The notes beneath the pieces were generated by a model. It did not search any database, was not told where the DNA came from, and saw only the letters and a program-made list of their open reading frames with translations. Shown here one piece after another: positions 1 to 10,393 of a stretch of 64,000 nucleotides of DNA. The first letter of the stretch is position 1, and the number at the start of each line of letters is the position of its first letter. The position numbers were made by a program, and so were the translations under genes. This DNA is from an uncultured Bacillota bacterium (lineage in GTDB: Bacteria; Bacillota_I; Bacilli_A; RF39; UBA660): NCBI GenBank assembly GCA_946626905.1, contig CAMOVA010000001.1, positions 1,677-65,676 on the forward strand, in the 5' to 3' direction.

Positions 1-1483
1 ATATTAAATCTTTACTAGATAATATTGAATAATCATCTACACCTTTTAATTTAATAATATTATTAAAACCTTTTAAAGTGATTTCATCTGAATCATTTAA
101 ATTACGTACTTGAATATTATGATAACTTTCTTTATAGAATAATCCAGAAACTTTAAATAAACTATTTGTAAAGAATGATAAAGCTATAAATATAGAAATA
201 CTTACTACTAAAGATATAACAGTTGTACGATATTTTTTCTTATTTCTTTTTAAATTTTTATATGATATTACTCCACCTATTCCAAATAATTTATTAATAA
301 TCTTAGGTGTTTTTAATTTTTTCTTTTTGATTTTTATATCATTATTTGATCTAATTGCGACAATTGGGGATACTTTCGATGCTTTAACAGCAGATTTTAA
401 TGACGAAAGTAATATTGTTATTGAGCCAAGTATAATAGACATTAAAATAGCTAAGGCAGGAATATTTACTACAAATTTATCAGTTCCTGAAATCATATCA
501 GCAAACATAGTATTAGTAAATAATATTAAGATATGTATTACTGAATATCCAAGTAATATACCTAATGGAATACCTATAACACCTAAAATAAATCCTTCAA
601 ATAAAACAGATTTTCTTATTTGTTTTTTAGTAGCTCCTATACTTGCTAACATACCAAATTGTTTCATTTTTTCAGTTATTGATATTTCAAAACTATTTCT
701 TATTACAAATACACTTGTAACAACTATAATACCTAATACAATTGCGACAATTGAGTAAAGTGACTTCATAGTTTCACTATTACCAGAAACACCACTCCAC
801 ATAAGTAAATCTTTATTATATTGAACACTATAATTTTTCTTTATTTTATCAGTTGTTTTATAAGTTTTTCTGATATTTTTATAAACTAACTTTATACTTA
901 ATGCCTTATCAGCTGTTTCTAGTTTAGTAATAAATGAATCTAAACCATAATCACCGGTATATATTCCTACTACTTTATAATTTAGTGTTTTTTCATGTTG
1001 CTCACTATTTTCTAATTCTTCTTCTCCATAAATTATTTCATTATAATTATCAGGAACAACATATGCTTGTAATGTTACATTTTCATTTAACTTGTAATTA
1101 GAATTAGCAGAAACAATTACTTCATTTTTATTTTTTGGTAATCGTCCTTTTTCTAAATTCATAGTATTTAATTCATTTTTATCATAAGCAATTATAGGAA
1201 AACCTTCAGAAGCATATCCTATTGCTTTTTCTAAATAATATTTTTTTACATCATGATTATACATATAATATTTTAAATCTTTTTCATTTACATCCATAAT
1301 CATCGCATGATAATCACCTTCACTTCTAACTATTGCATTAGTAATCGTTTTAGTAAATGAAGAAAACATACCTGCGACTGTACAAATTAAAGCTGTTGAT
1401 AGAACTATTCCAATGATAGTTACAATACTTCTTTTTTTATTTAATTTTACATTTTTTAAAGTGAAATTATTTAATACTTTCAT
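1..1483 (-). CDS. ABC transporter permease, FtsX/MacB-like; C-terminal part lies beyond the window start
   Basis: Minus-strand translation from the ATG at 1483..1481 gives MKVLNNFTLKNVKLNKKRSIVTIIGIVLSTALICTVAGMFSS..., an FtsX-type N-terminal TM followed by a long extracytoplasmic domain. The ATG overlaps the TAA of the upstream ATPase (TAATG). No stop codon is reached before position 1, which explains its absence from the ORF track. Confidence 0.6.
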   Translation of the reverse strand, partial: MKVLNNFTLKNVKLNKKRSIVTIIGIVLSTALICTVAGMFSSFTKTITNAIVRSEGDYHAMIMDVNEKDLKYYMYNHDVKKYYLEKAIGYASEGFPIIAYDKNELNTMNLEKGRLPKNKNEVIVSANSNYKLNENVTLQAYVVPDNYNEIIYGEEELENSEQHEKTLNYKVVGIYTGDYGLDSFITKLETADKALSIKLVYKNIRKTYKTTDKIKKNYSVQYNKDLLMWSGVSGNSETMKSLYSIVAIVLGIIVVTSVFVIRNSFEISITEKMKQFGMLASIGATKKQIRKSVLFEGFILGVIGIPLGILLGYSVIHILILFTNTMFADMISGTDKFVVNIPALAILMSIILGSITILLSSLKSAVKASKVSPIVAIRSNNDIKIKKKKLKTPKIINKLFGIGGVISYKNLKRNKKKYRTTVISLVVSISIFIALSFFTNSLFKVSGLFYKESYHNIQVRNLNDSDEITLKGFNNIIKLKGVDDYSILSSKDLI

Positions 1484-2163
1484 TAGTTATTCCTTTCATC
1501 TTTAATTATTTTGCCATCTTCAATTGTAATAACTCTATCAGCATTTGACGCTATATCTAAATCATGTGTAATCATAATAATAGTTTGTTTATATTTCTTA
1601 TTTGATAATTTAAGTAATGAAATTATATCTTCACCAGAATTTTTATCTAAGTTACCTGTTGGTTCATCTGCAAGTATAATTGCTGGATTATTAATAATAG
1701 CTCTAGCAATTGCTACTCTTTGTTGTTGACCTCCAGATAATTCATTAGGTAAATGTGTTTCTCTATTTTTTAAATTAAGTAATTTTAATACTTCATTTAA
1801 TCTTTCTTGATCTACTTTATTTGAATCTAATTCTATTGGTAATGTAATATTTTCTTTAACATTTAATATAGGTATTAAATTATAAAATTGATATATTAAA
1901 CCTATTTGTCTTCTTCTAAATATAGATATATCATCACTACTCATTTTATATATATCTACATCATCAATTATTACTTTACCACTTGTTGGTTTATCTACAC
2001 CACCTATTAAATGAAGTAATGTTGATTTACCAGAACCAGAAGCACCAACGATAGCTACAAATTCACCTTGTTCTACTTCAAAGGATACATTATCAACTGC
2101 GACTACCTTATTATTACCTTTCCCATATATTTTATTTAATTTTTCTACTTTTAAAATTGCCAT
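1483..2163 (-). CDS. ABC transporter ATP-binding protein, MacB/LolD-like, paired with the FtsX permease
   Basis: Walker A GASGSGKST, Q-loop, signature LSGGQQQRVAIARA, Walker B ILADEPTGNLD; about 226 aa. Confidence 0.9.
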   Translation of the reverse strand: MAILKVEKLNKIYGKGNNKVVAVDNVSFEVEQGEFVAIVGASGSGKSTLLHLIGGVDKPTSGKVIIDDVDIYKMSSDDISIFRRRQIGLIYQFYNLIPILNVKENITLPIELDSNKVDQERLNEVLKLLNLKNRETHLPNELSGGQQQRVAIARAIINNPAIILADEPTGNLDKNSGEDIISLLKLSNKKYKQTIIMITHDLDIASNADRVITIEDGKIIKDERNN

Positions 2164-2212
2164 TTTATCTCCTCCATAATAAGTATATTAAATTAAAGTG
2201 ACTTTAAAGTGA

Positions 2213-2241
2213 CAAAAAAAATAACTAATCATATAGTTATT
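2213..2241 (-). terminator. rho-independent terminator of the GT4 gene
   Basis: Minus-strand RNA AAUAACUA-UAUGAU-UAGUUAUU followed by UUUUUUUUG. The hairpin overlaps the stop codon at 2237. Confidence 0.5.
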
Positions 2242-3238
2242 TTTCTTCTAATACTTTTTTATAAATATCTATTAATTCTTTTCCAACTAATTTTACATCT
2301 CTAGACATAGCAACTTTATAACCTTTATCAGTTAAATCAGGTAATTCATTATTTAATATTTTTTTAATTTTAGTTTCAAATTCATCAACATTTTTAGCTT
2401 TATAAACATTTATTGAATCTTCTAACCAATCTTCAAATACTCCTATGTCTCTAATTATTGCTTTACATTTACAAGCACAAGCTTCCATAATAGGGATTCC
2501 TTCTGTTTCTTCCAATGTTGGAAATATATATAAATCTGCACCTGATAAAGCACTTTTTATCATAGATGGTTCTACATAACCAGCAAAAGTTAAATTTGGA
2601 AGTTTTGTTGTTACTGCATCTTTTATTTTTTTAGGTACTAATTTTAAATCAGTATAACCAAACCAAATAAATTTATATTCTGGCATTCTTTTAGCAAGTT
2701 CAACAAAATCTAGTATTCCTTTTCTTTCTAGATATAATCCTATTGCCATTACAACTTTATCTTCTTTTTTATATCCATATTTTTTTCTAAAGTCATTTCC
2801 TAATTTTTCATCTCTTTTGAAAAATTTAGTATCAATACCATTAGAAATTGCTGTTATGTTTTTAAGCCCATAACCTTCTAATAATCTTTTTGAATAAGGT
2901 GTCGGTGTAATTATATGATCACCTAATCTATAACATTTACATATCCACCATTTAAATAATGGCGCAATCATATTTGAAAATTTAAATGAATTTCTAAAAT
3001 CTTCCTCTGTTGAATGTGCATGATATATAACCTTTTTACCATGTTTTTTTGCTTTTTTAGCCATTCTATATGACTTAGGTCCAAAAAAGTTTATATGAAC
3101 AATATCATAATCATCTTTAGGATTAGTAGTATATGGAATATTATTATCTTCTAATGCTCTCATTTGATGTTTTATAGCTTTTCCTAATCCTGATTTTCCT
3201 ATTGCTTTTTCCATTTCTGTATATAATAGTACTTTCAT
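2237..3238 (-). CDS. glycosyltransferase, GT4 (GT-B fold) family
   Basis: 333 aa. C-terminal EETEGIPIMEA motif is typical of GT4/GT1 retaining transferases. N-terminal acceptor domain present. Confidence 0.75.
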   Translation of the reverse strand: MKVLLYTEMEKAIGKSGLGKAIKHQMRALEDNNIPYTTNPKDDYDIVHINFFGPKSYRMAKKAKKHGKKVIYHAHSTEEDFRNSFKFSNMIAPLFKWWICKCYRLGDHIITPTPYSKRLLEGYGLKNITAISNGIDTKFFKRDEKLGNDFRKKYGYKKEDKVVMAIGLYLERKGILDFVELAKRMPEYKFIWFGYTDLKLVPKKIKDAVTTKLPNLTFAGYVEPSMIKSALSGADLYIFPTLEETEGIPIMEACACKCKAIIRDIGVFEDWLEDSINVYKAKNVDEFETKIKKILNNELPDLTDKGYKVAMSRDVKLVGKELIDIYKKVLEEK

Positions 3239-3268
3239 ACAATCACCAAATTAATTATAACAAATTAA

Positions 3269-3490
3269 TTAATTTGTATCAACAAGTATTACATCTTCAC
3301 CTATCTTTTTTATTTGATTCCATTTTATTTCTTCATCACTATTTCCTCTAAATAAATTAAACTTTGCCTTACCTATAATTAAAGCATTAATAGTTCCACT
3401 AGTATTTATTGAAATATCCACAATATTGCCTATTTTTTTACCATCTTTAATACTTACAATATCTTTATTTTGTAATTCTGATAAATACAT
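3269..3490 (-). CDS. ylmC: YlmC/YmxH-family PRC-barrel sporulation protein
   Basis: 73 aa MYLSELQNKDIVSIKDGKKIGNIVDISINTSG..., typical of YlmC/YmxH and immediately downstream of sigG as in Bacillus. Confidence 0.7.
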   Translation of the reverse strand: MYLSELQNKDIVSIKDGKKIGNIVDISINTSGTINALIIGKAKFNLFRGNSDEEIKWNQIKKIGEDVILVDTN

Positions 3491-3512
3491 GTTATCACCA
3501 ATTAATTATATG

Positions 3513-4289
3513 TTATAGAATCATTCTTTTGATATTGTCTAATCCATTTTTTTCTAATCTTGATATTTGAGCTTGCGATATTCCTAAAATATCTGCGAGT
3601 TCTAACTGTGTTTTACCAGTTATATATCTTTCAATTAAAATATATCTTTCTTTTTCTTTTAATTTTTTTAATGCTTCTTTTAAAGCAATTTTATAATCTA
3701 ATGAATAATAATTATTCTTTTTATCATCTAATTGATCTTCTAAATAAATGGTATCTCCACCATCATTATAGATTGGTTCAAACATACTTATGGGGCTTAC
3801 CATGGCATCTAATGCATTGGCAACTTCAAATTCTGTAATTCCTAAATATTTTGCAATTTCACTTGTAGTTGGTTCTTTTCCATATTTATTTGTCAATTCT
3901 TCTTTTAATTTCATTATTTTATATGCTATATCCTTAACACTCCTTGAAACTCTAATACTCCCAGAATCTCTTAAGTATCTTCTTATTTCTCCTAATATCA
4001 TTGGAACAGCATATGTTGAAAATTTAACATCATATTTTAAATCAAAATTATCAATTGCTTTAATTAAACCTATACACCCTATTTGAAACAAATCATCCAT
4101 ATTATCTACTCTAGTCTTATATTTTTTTAATATTGATAATACTAATTTTAAGTTTCCTTTTATTAATTCTTCTTTAGCTCTTTCATCTCCTCCTTGATAT
4201 TTTTTAAACAATTCTACCATTTCAGTATTTGTTAAAACTTTAATATTCGCAGTATTCACATTACAAATTTCTACTTTGAAACGTGACAT
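3513..4289 (-). CDS. sigG: sporulation sigma factor SigG (forespore late sigma)
   Basis: Starting at the internal Met, MSRFKVEICNVNTANIKVLTNTEM... aligns almost residue-for-residue with B. subtilis SigG (MSRNKVEICGVDTSKLPVLKNEEM..., DDLFQ.GCIGL.K.IDNFDL...KFSTYAVPMI.GEIRRYLRD, GISQAQ.SRLEK). The track ORF starts 5 codons upstream at a non-consensus position. Confidence 0.85.
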   Translation of the reverse strand: MSRFKVEICNVNTANIKVLTNTEMVELFKKYQGGDERAKEELIKGNLKLVLSILKKYKTRVDNMDDLFQIGCIGLIKAIDNFDLKYDVKFSTYAVPMILGEIRRYLRDSGSIRVSRSVKDIAYKIMKLKEELTNKYGKEPTTSEIAKYLGITEFEVANALDAMVSPISMFEPIYNDGGDTIYLEDQLDDKKNNYYSLDYKIALKEALKKLKEKERYILIERYITGKTQLELADILGISQAQISRLEKNGLDNIKRMIL

Positions 4290-4369
4290 TTTATCTCCTT
4301 TCATTTATGTTATGATTATTTTTGATAATTTTATACATTTTATTGTATAATATATCTGTGAGGTAGATT

Positions 4370-5557
4370 ATGAAAAAGATATTTTTATTTTTATTAGCAG
4401 TTATTTTATTTAATGGTTGTGGATATGACATGTATAAAATGCCAAAAGATGTTTATATTGATTTAAATGAAAATAAATTTAATGTTTTTGAAAAACATTC
4501 AACTAATGAATTAATTAAAAAAACTAATGCTAAAATAATATCAAAAGATATTTTAAATACAAATAAAATTGGCAAACATAAATATACAATTACTTATAAG
4601 TATAAAAAAAGAACTTATAAATATGATATTAAATACAATGTTGTTGATACTACTAAACCTGTATTTATAAGTAGTTTAAATAATGTAACTATTAAAATTA
4701 ATAATGAAGAAGACTTATGTGATAGAATTTCATATGGTGATAATTATGATAAGAAAGTAACATGTAAAGTAGATGGTTTTATTGATTTTACAAAAGTTGG
4801 AATATATAATTTGGAATTTATATTAACTGATTCATCTAAAAATGAAAATAGGAAAAAATTTACAGTAGACATTGTAGATAAAATAAATACTAAAAAAGAA
4901 ATTGATACTCCTAAATATATATACATAAATGATATAAAAAAATATAAAAATGATAATACTAGTATTGGTATAGATGTTTCTAAATGGCAAGGAAACATTG
5001 ATTTTAACAAAGTTAAAAATGCGGGTATTGAATTTGTAATAATGAGACTTGGTTATCAAAAACAACCAAATGATAATTTTGAATTAGATCCAAATTTTAA
5101 AGAATATTATAAACAAGCAAAAGAAGCAGGTCTTAAAGTTTCCGTTTATGTATATAATGTTTCATTAAATGAATCTGATGGTATAAAGTGTGCGAAATGG
5201 GTTTTAAAACAATTGAATGGTGATAAATTAGATTTACCTATCGGATATGATTTTGAAAATTGGAAAGATTTTAAAAATTATAATACATCTATCCACGAAT
5301 TAAGTCATGGATATTTAGCTTTTGAAAAATACTTAAAAAAGCATAACTATGAATCAATGTTATATTCTTCTAAATTCTATTTAGAAAATGTATGGTTAGA
5401 TTATAACAATTCTAATATATGGTTAGCTCATTATACTAGTAAAACAGACTATAAAGGAAAATATATGTTATGGCAAATGACATCATCTGCTTTAATAGAT
5501 GGTATAAAAGAAAACTCTGTTGATATTGATATATTGTACACAAAAAAAGAGAATTAA
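4370..5557 (+). CDS. lipoprotein with C-terminal GH25 (Lyc-type) muramidase domain
   Basis: Signal peptide plus lipobox LFNGC. C-terminal region [31 protein letters not shown]...YVY is the GH25 lysozyme signature. Confidence 0.7.
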   Translation: MKKIFLFLLAVILFNGCGYDMYKMPKDVYIDLNENKFNVFEKHSTNELIKKTNAKIISKDILNTNKIGKHKYTITYKYKKRTYKYDIKYNVVDTTKPVFISSLNNVTIKINNEEDLCDRISYGDNYDKKVTCKVDGFIDFTKVGIYNLEFILTDSSKNENRKKFTVDIVDKINTKKEIDTPKYIYINDIKKYKNDNTSIGIDVSKWQGNIDFNKVKNAGIEFVIMRLGYQKQPNDNFELDPNFKEYYKQAKEAGLKVSVYVYNVSLNESDGIKCAKWVLKQLNGDKLDLPIGYDFENWKDFKNYNTSIHELSHGYLAFEKYLKKHNYESMLYSSKFYLENVWLDYNNSNIWLAHYTSKTDYKGKYMLWQMTSSALIDGIKENSVDIDILYTKKEN

Positions 5558-6093
5558 TAATTCTCTTTTAATATTTCAAAATAACTTTGTGGGTGTGCAC
5601 AAACTGGACAAACTTCTGGAGCTTCACTTCCATAATGGATGTGTCCGCAATTACGACAAATCCACATTTTTTCTTCAGTTCTTTTAAATACTTTTCCTGA
5701 TTCAATGTTATCTAATATTTTTCTATATCTTTCTTCATGATGTTTTTCAATATTACCCACTGATTCAAATAGATAAGCGATATGATCAAAACCTTCTTCT
5801 TTAGCAGTTTCTGCGAATTCTTTATACATATCTGTCCATTCAAAATTTTCACCATTAGCTGCATCTTTTAAATTTTCTATTGTTGATGGAACACCGTCAT
5901 TGTGTAATAATTTAAACCACATTTTAGCATGTTCTTTTTCATTATTTGCTGTTTCTTCAAAAATAGCAGCCACTTGTTCATAACCTTCTTTTTTTGCTTT
6001 TGAAGCATAATAAGTATATTTATTTCTTGCTTGTGATTCACCTGCAAATGCTGCCATTAAATTTTGTTCTGTCTTACTTCCTTTTAATTCCAT
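5554..6093 (-). CDS. rbr: rubrerythrin
   Basis: 179 aa. Ferritin-like di-iron domain with E..H motifs, plus a C-terminal rubredoxin-like CRNCGH...CPVC. Confidence 0.85.
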   Translation of the reverse strand: MELKGSKTEQNLMAAFAGESQARNKYTYYASKAKKEGYEQVAAIFEETANNEKEHAKMWFKLLHNDGVPSTIENLKDAANGENFEWTDMYKEFAETAKEEGFDHIAYLFESVGNIEKHHEERYRKILDNIESGKVFKRTEEKMWICRNCGHIHYGSEAPEVCPVCAHPQSYFEILKENY

Positions 6094-6146
6094 ACTTTAC
6101 CTCTTTTCTTATTTCATTATAAATTAAATTTTTATGACAGTCAATA

Positions 6147-8339
6147 TTATAAAAGTTTAAACTGTGAATTATATAATTCTGCATAAAAACCATTTTTTTC
6201 TATTAAACTATCATGTGTACCTTGCTCTATTATATTACCATCTTTCATAACTAAAATTAAATCTGCATTCTTTATGGTTGATAATCTATGAGCAATTATA
6301 AATGATGTTTTACCTTTTGTTAATTTATCCATAGCAGTAGCTACTAATTCTTCTGTTCTTGTATCAACATTAGATGTTGCTTCATCAAGTATCAAGAAAG
6401 GTGCATCTTCAAGCATACCACGAGCTATTGTAAGTAATTGTCTTTGTCCTGCTGAAATTGAATCATTATCTTTTATATTTGAATCATATCCTTTAGATAA
6501 TGTTTTAATGTAATGATCAACACCGACTTCCTTACAAACTTTATATATATCTGAGTCAGATACATTTTCTTTATTGAAAATAATATTTTCTTTTATTGTT
6601 CCATCAAATACCCAAGTATCTTGTAATACCATTGTAAATAGTTCATGAATATTTTCTCTTGATAATTCCTTAATAGATATATTATCTATTAAAATGTCTC
6701 CATCATTTATTTCATAAAATTTCATAAGTAAATTTACTAATGTTGTTTTTCCAGCTCCTGTAGGACCTACAATAGCTACTTTTTTACCTGGTTTTGCGAT
6801 TGCACTAAAATTATGAATTGTTGGTTTTTGATTTCCATCATATGTAAATGATATATTTTTAAATTCAATTGTTCCTTTAACATCTTTTTTATTTAATACT
6901 TTATATGACGATTCATTTTCTAATTCTTCTTCATCTAAAAATTCAAATACTCTTTCTGAAGCAGCAGCTGTTGCTTGAAGCTGTGTAAATGCTTGCCCTA
7001 TTTGTGAAAGAGGTGATGTGAATAATCTAACATAAGCCATGAATGCAACTATTACACCAAAACTTATTACATCATTCATTGTTAAAAGAGCTCCTACTAT
7101 ACAAACCATAACATATCCAAAGTTACCTATAAATCCCATTAATGGCATCATAAGACCTGATAAAAATTGACTTTTCATATTTGAATCATATAATTCTTCA
7201 TTAAGTTCATTAAATTTTTTCTTTGATTCTTCTGTACCATTATATACTTTTACCACATTTAAACTTGAATATATTTCTTCAATGTGTCCATTCAAATTTC
7301 CTAAACTTTCTTGTTTTTTTACAAAATATTTTTGTGATTTTGATAAGATTACTGCCATAAATATAAATCCAAATAATGTAGATACAATCGCAGTTATAGC
7401 CATTATATAATTAGTTATAAACATCATTATTATTGTTCCAAAGAACAATGTTACTGATGAGACTAATGTCGCTAATGAATGATTCATTGTAGATGCTATC
7501 ATATCTACATCATTAGTTACTCTTGATAATATATCACCTGATTTATGTTTATCAAAATATTTAAGTGGTAATTTATTGATTTTTCTTGATATAGTTTTTC
7601 TTAATCTTTTAGCAAATTTATTAGAAACTATTGTCATTATTATTTGTTCAATATAAGTAAATAATGCACTAAGTACATATAAACAAATTAACAACAGTGT
7701 AATTTGTTTTATTTTACTCATATTTATTTTTGGATCTATAACTTTTTTAACACTATTAGGCATTTTATCTAGTTGTTTATATATTTTTTTAGAATCCATA
7801 TCTTTACTAATTTTACTACTAATTAAAATATAATTAATTTGATCTTCAGAAGATATTTTTATACCATCTATTTTTATTTCTTCTAATAATATTTGTTTTA
7901 CACTATTTGGTATTTCTATATCTTTAAAATTTCTATTATTTAAATTTAAAAGAGTTTTTTGTAATTTTATTTTTTCTTCTTTTTTTATTAATTGACCTTT
8001 ATAAGTACTATCATTTTCTTCTTTTAATATATTTGTTATTGTTTTTTTAGTGCTATCACTATTTATATTTAACATTACTTCTTTTGTTAATTTTTCAGTA
8101 TTATTTGTATCAACTATTAAACCCTTTGTTATTTCATTTGTTAAATCTCTAAGTCTATTAGGAGATACTATTGATAATATAGCACCTAAAACAGCAAGTG
8201 AAAGTGAAATAATAATTGAAGTCTTATAAGAATCTAATTCTTTTATTAGTCTTTTAATTGAACCTTTAAAATCATTTGCTTTATCCCCTACGCCTTTCAT
8301 TGGTCCATGAGCTAAAGGAGTATTTTTTTTCTTACTCAT
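6147..8339 (-). CDS. ABC exporter, fused TMD-NBD half-transporter (heterodimer partner A), with an unusually long first extracellular loop
   Basis: 730 aa. Type-I exporter TMD followed by an NBD (GPTGAGKTT, LSAGQRQLLTIARG, ILDEATS). Roughly 150 low-complexity residues lie between TM1 and TM2. Confidence 0.85.
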   Translation of the reverse strand: MSKKKNTPLAHGPMKGVGDKANDFKGSIKRLIKELDSYKTSIIISLSLAVLGAILSIVSPNRLRDLTNEITKGLIVDTNNTEKLTKEVMLNINSDSTKKTITNILKEENDSTYKGQLIKKEEKIKLQKTLLNLNNRNFKDIEIPNSVKQILLEEIKIDGIKISSEDQINYILISSKISKDMDSKKIYKQLDKMPNSVKKVIDPKINMSKIKQITLLLICLYVLSALFTYIEQIIMTIVSNKFAKRLRKTISRKINKLPLKYFDKHKSGDILSRVTNDVDMIASTMNHSLATLVSSVTLFFGTIIMMFITNYIMAITAIVSTLFGFIFMAVILSKSQKYFVKKQESLGNLNGHIEEIYSSLNVVKVYNGTEESKKKFNELNEELYDSNMKSQFLSGLMMPLMGFIGNFGYVMVCIVGALLTMNDVISFGVIVAFMAYVRLFTSPLSQIGQAFTQLQATAAASERVFEFLDEEELENESSYKVLNKKDVKGTIEFKNISFTYDGNQKPTIHNFSAIAKPGKKVAIVGPTGAGKTTLVNLLMKFYEINDGDILIDNISIKELSRENIHELFTMVLQDTWVFDGTIKENIIFNKENVSDSDIYKVCKEVGVDHYIKTLSKGYDSNIKDNDSISAGQRQLLTIARGMLEDAPFLILDEATSNVDTRTEELVATAMDKLTKGKTSFIIAHRLSTIKNADLILVMKDGNIIEQGTHDSLIEKNGFYAELYNSQFKLL

Positions 8340-10089
8340 ATTCTAATTCCTCCTTTGATAATTGAGAAAAAGCAATTTGTTTATATACATCACATTTTTT
8401 CAATAATTCTTTATGTGTACCTATTCCTACTGCTTTACCATTTTCTAGAACTATTATTTTATCTGCATTCATAATAGTTCCAATTCTACCTGAAACTATT
8501 AAATTAGTTGCATTCTTAGTATATTTTTTTAATTCTGTTCTTAAAACATAATCTGTTTTATAATCAAGAGCACTAAATGAATCATCAAATATATATATTT
8601 CAGGTTTTCTTGCGATTGCACGCGCTATAGATATTCTTTGTTTTTGACCACCCGAAATATTAGTTCCACCACTTGAAATATGTGAGTTATATTTATGATC
8701 TAATTTTAAAACAAATTCTTCTGCTTGAGCAACTTTAATTGCTTCTTTAACAATACTCTCTGTATATTCTTTTCCATTATCACCATATGTAATATTTTCT
8801 TTTACAGTTCCATCAAAAATAACTGCTTTTTGAGGAACATATCCTATTTTATTATGAAGTGCTTCTAATTTATAATCTTTGATATTAATACCATCTATTA
8901 ATATTTCACCTTCTGTTACATCATAAAAACGTGGCACTAAATTAATTAATGTTGATTTACCACTACCTGTTGATCCAATAAATGCGATTGTCTCTCCTTC
9001 ATTTACTTTAAATGAAATATCTTCTATTACATAGTCAACCGCATCAGGATATTTAAATGAAACATTTTTAAATTCAATTGTTCCTTTTAAATCTGTATCA
9101 TCACTAAACTTACCATCTTTTATACTATTTTTTGTATCTAATACTTCATTAATACGTTTTGCAGATACACTTGCTCTTGGAAAAAAGATAAATATCATTG
9201 CTAACATTAAAAAAGACATAATTACTTGCATTGCATATGATGAGAATACAATCATATCACTAAATATTGATAATTTAAGTGATAATGTAGCTTCCTTTAT
9301 TAAATATGCTCCTATAAAATAAATGCTTAGTGTTAAAAAATACATAACTAAATACATAACTGGAGACATTACCGCAAATGATTTTTGTACAAACATTTGC
9401 TTACTTGTTAATTCATTATTTACTTTTCCAAATTTATCTTCCCAGAATTTTTCAGCATTAAATGCTCTAACTACTCTAATACCCGAAAGTTGTTCTCTAG
9501 TTACTCCATTCATCTTATCTGTTAATTTTTGTAACAACTTAAACTTTGGAACTACAATAAGTATTATTGTTGAAATTACTAACAACAAAATCATAACAGC
9601 TAAAGCTGTTGATAAACTCCATTCATAACTTTTATTAACTATTTTAGTTATAGCCCAAACAGCTGTTATAGGAGCTTTAATTAGTAACTGTAATCCCATT
9701 CCTATTAACATTTCTATTTGTGTAATATCATTAGTAGTTCTTGTTATTAAACTACTAACAGAAAAATCTTTTACTTCTCCTGTCGATAGTCCTAATACTT
9801 TCTTAAAAAGTTTCTTTCTTAATTTCAAAGAAAACTTAGAAGATAAAACTGCAATTACATATCCAACTATGACTGCAGTTACTAAACTACCAAATGCACA
9901 AAGCAACATAAACATACCATTATATAATATATCACCCATACTACTTCCTTCAGTTTGAACTAAAGTAGTAATTTCTGACATGTAATCTGGTATTTTTAAT
10001 TCTAACCACACTTGTATAAAAATACATATAAATATTATTACTACTGTTAACCACTCTTTAACAGAAAAATTTTTTAATAATCTTATCAA
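8332..10089 (-). CDS. ABC exporter, fused TMD-NBD half-transporter (heterodimer partner B)
   Basis: 585 aa. GSTGSGKST, ISGGQKQRISIARA, IFDDSFSALD. Overlaps the partner gene by 8 nt. Confidence 0.85.
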   Translation of the reverse strand: MIRLLKNFSVKEWLTVVIIFICIFIQVWLELKIPDYMSEITTLVQTEGSSMGDILYNGMFMLLCAFGSLVTAVIVGYVIAVLSSKFSLKLRKKLFKKVLGLSTGEVKDFSVSSLITRTTNDITQIEMLIGMGLQLLIKAPITAVWAITKIVNKSYEWSLSTALAVMILLLVISTIILIVVPKFKLLQKLTDKMNGVTREQLSGIRVVRAFNAEKFWEDKFGKVNNELTSKQMFVQKSFAVMSPVMYLVMYFLTLSIYFIGAYLIKEATLSLKLSIFSDMIVFSSYAMQVIMSFLMLAMIFIFFPRASVSAKRINEVLDTKNSIKDGKFSDDTDLKGTIEFKNVSFKYPDAVDYVIEDISFKVNEGETIAFIGSTGSGKSTLINLVPRFYDVTEGEILIDGINIKDYKLEALHNKIGYVPQKAVIFDGTVKENITYGDNGKEYTESIVKEAIKVAQAEEFVLKLDHKYNSHISSGGTNISGGQKQRISIARAIARKPEIYIFDDSFSALDYKTDYVLRTELKKYTKNATNLIVSGRIGTIMNADKIIVLENGKAVGIGTHKELLKKCDVYKQIAFSQLSKEELEYE

Positions 10090-10155
10090 ATTATCACCTT
10101 ACTAACATTATTCATTTTATCAAAATAACATATGTAAGTCAATTTAAATTATTAC

Positions 10156-10293
10156 TCATTTACTATAAACAACATTAGTGTTTGTATATTGATTATTATT
10201 TAATTTTTCAATTCCTTTTGAGTTTAAAACTATAATTCCCATTACTACTACTATGAATAAAATCATATATTTGTTACTTACCATTTCTAACAT
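10156..10293 (-). CDS. 45-aa single-TM peptide divergent from lexA; candidate SOS-induced cell-division inhibitor (SosA/YneA-like)
   Basis: Strong RBS AAAGGAGTG 7 nt before the ATG. Encodes MLEMVSNKYMILFIVVVMGIIVLNSKGIEKLNNNQYTNTNVVYSK. Its promoter carries a Cheo-type LexA box in the spacer. Below the 60-aa cut-off of the ORF track. Confidence 0.4.
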   Translation of the reverse strand: MLEMVSNKYMILFIVVVMGIIVLNSKGIEKLNNNQYTNTNVVYSK

Positions 10294-10317
10294 ACTATCA
10301 CTCCTTTTTCTATATTG

Positions 10318-10346
10318 ATTATATTACAAACACTTGTTCGTGTCAA
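10318..10346 (-). promoter_or_regulatory. sigmaA promoter (TTGACA-17-TATAAT) with a LexA box filling the spacer
   Basis: Minus strand reads TTGACA cgaacaagtgtttgtaa TATAAT. The spacer contains CGAACAAGTGTTTG (10327-10340), which matches the Firmicute LexA consensus CGAAC-N4-GTTYG. Confidence 0.55.
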
Positions 10347-10393
10347 TACAAAATACAAAAAAATGTTCGTACTTTACATTTGCGAACAAACAT

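Noticed and set aside
327-758. 143-aa plus-strand ORF
   Set aside because: It lies antisense inside the FtsX-like permease gene and has low-complexity I/N/T-rich composition typical of shadow ORFs in AT-rich DNA. The same applies to 1511-1729, 3560-4086, 4744-5065, 9323-9628, 15707-15949, 22069-22404, 23573-23812, 25612-25905, 26446-26925, 27169-27671 (+), 28893-29165, 35876-36142, 36360-36728, 36845-37147, 38099-38323, 44388-44585, 46205-46390, 47216-47566, 51002-51187, 51560-51994, 52336-52602, 54619-54837, 55104-55295, 56492-56698, 57053-57271 and 58180-58440.
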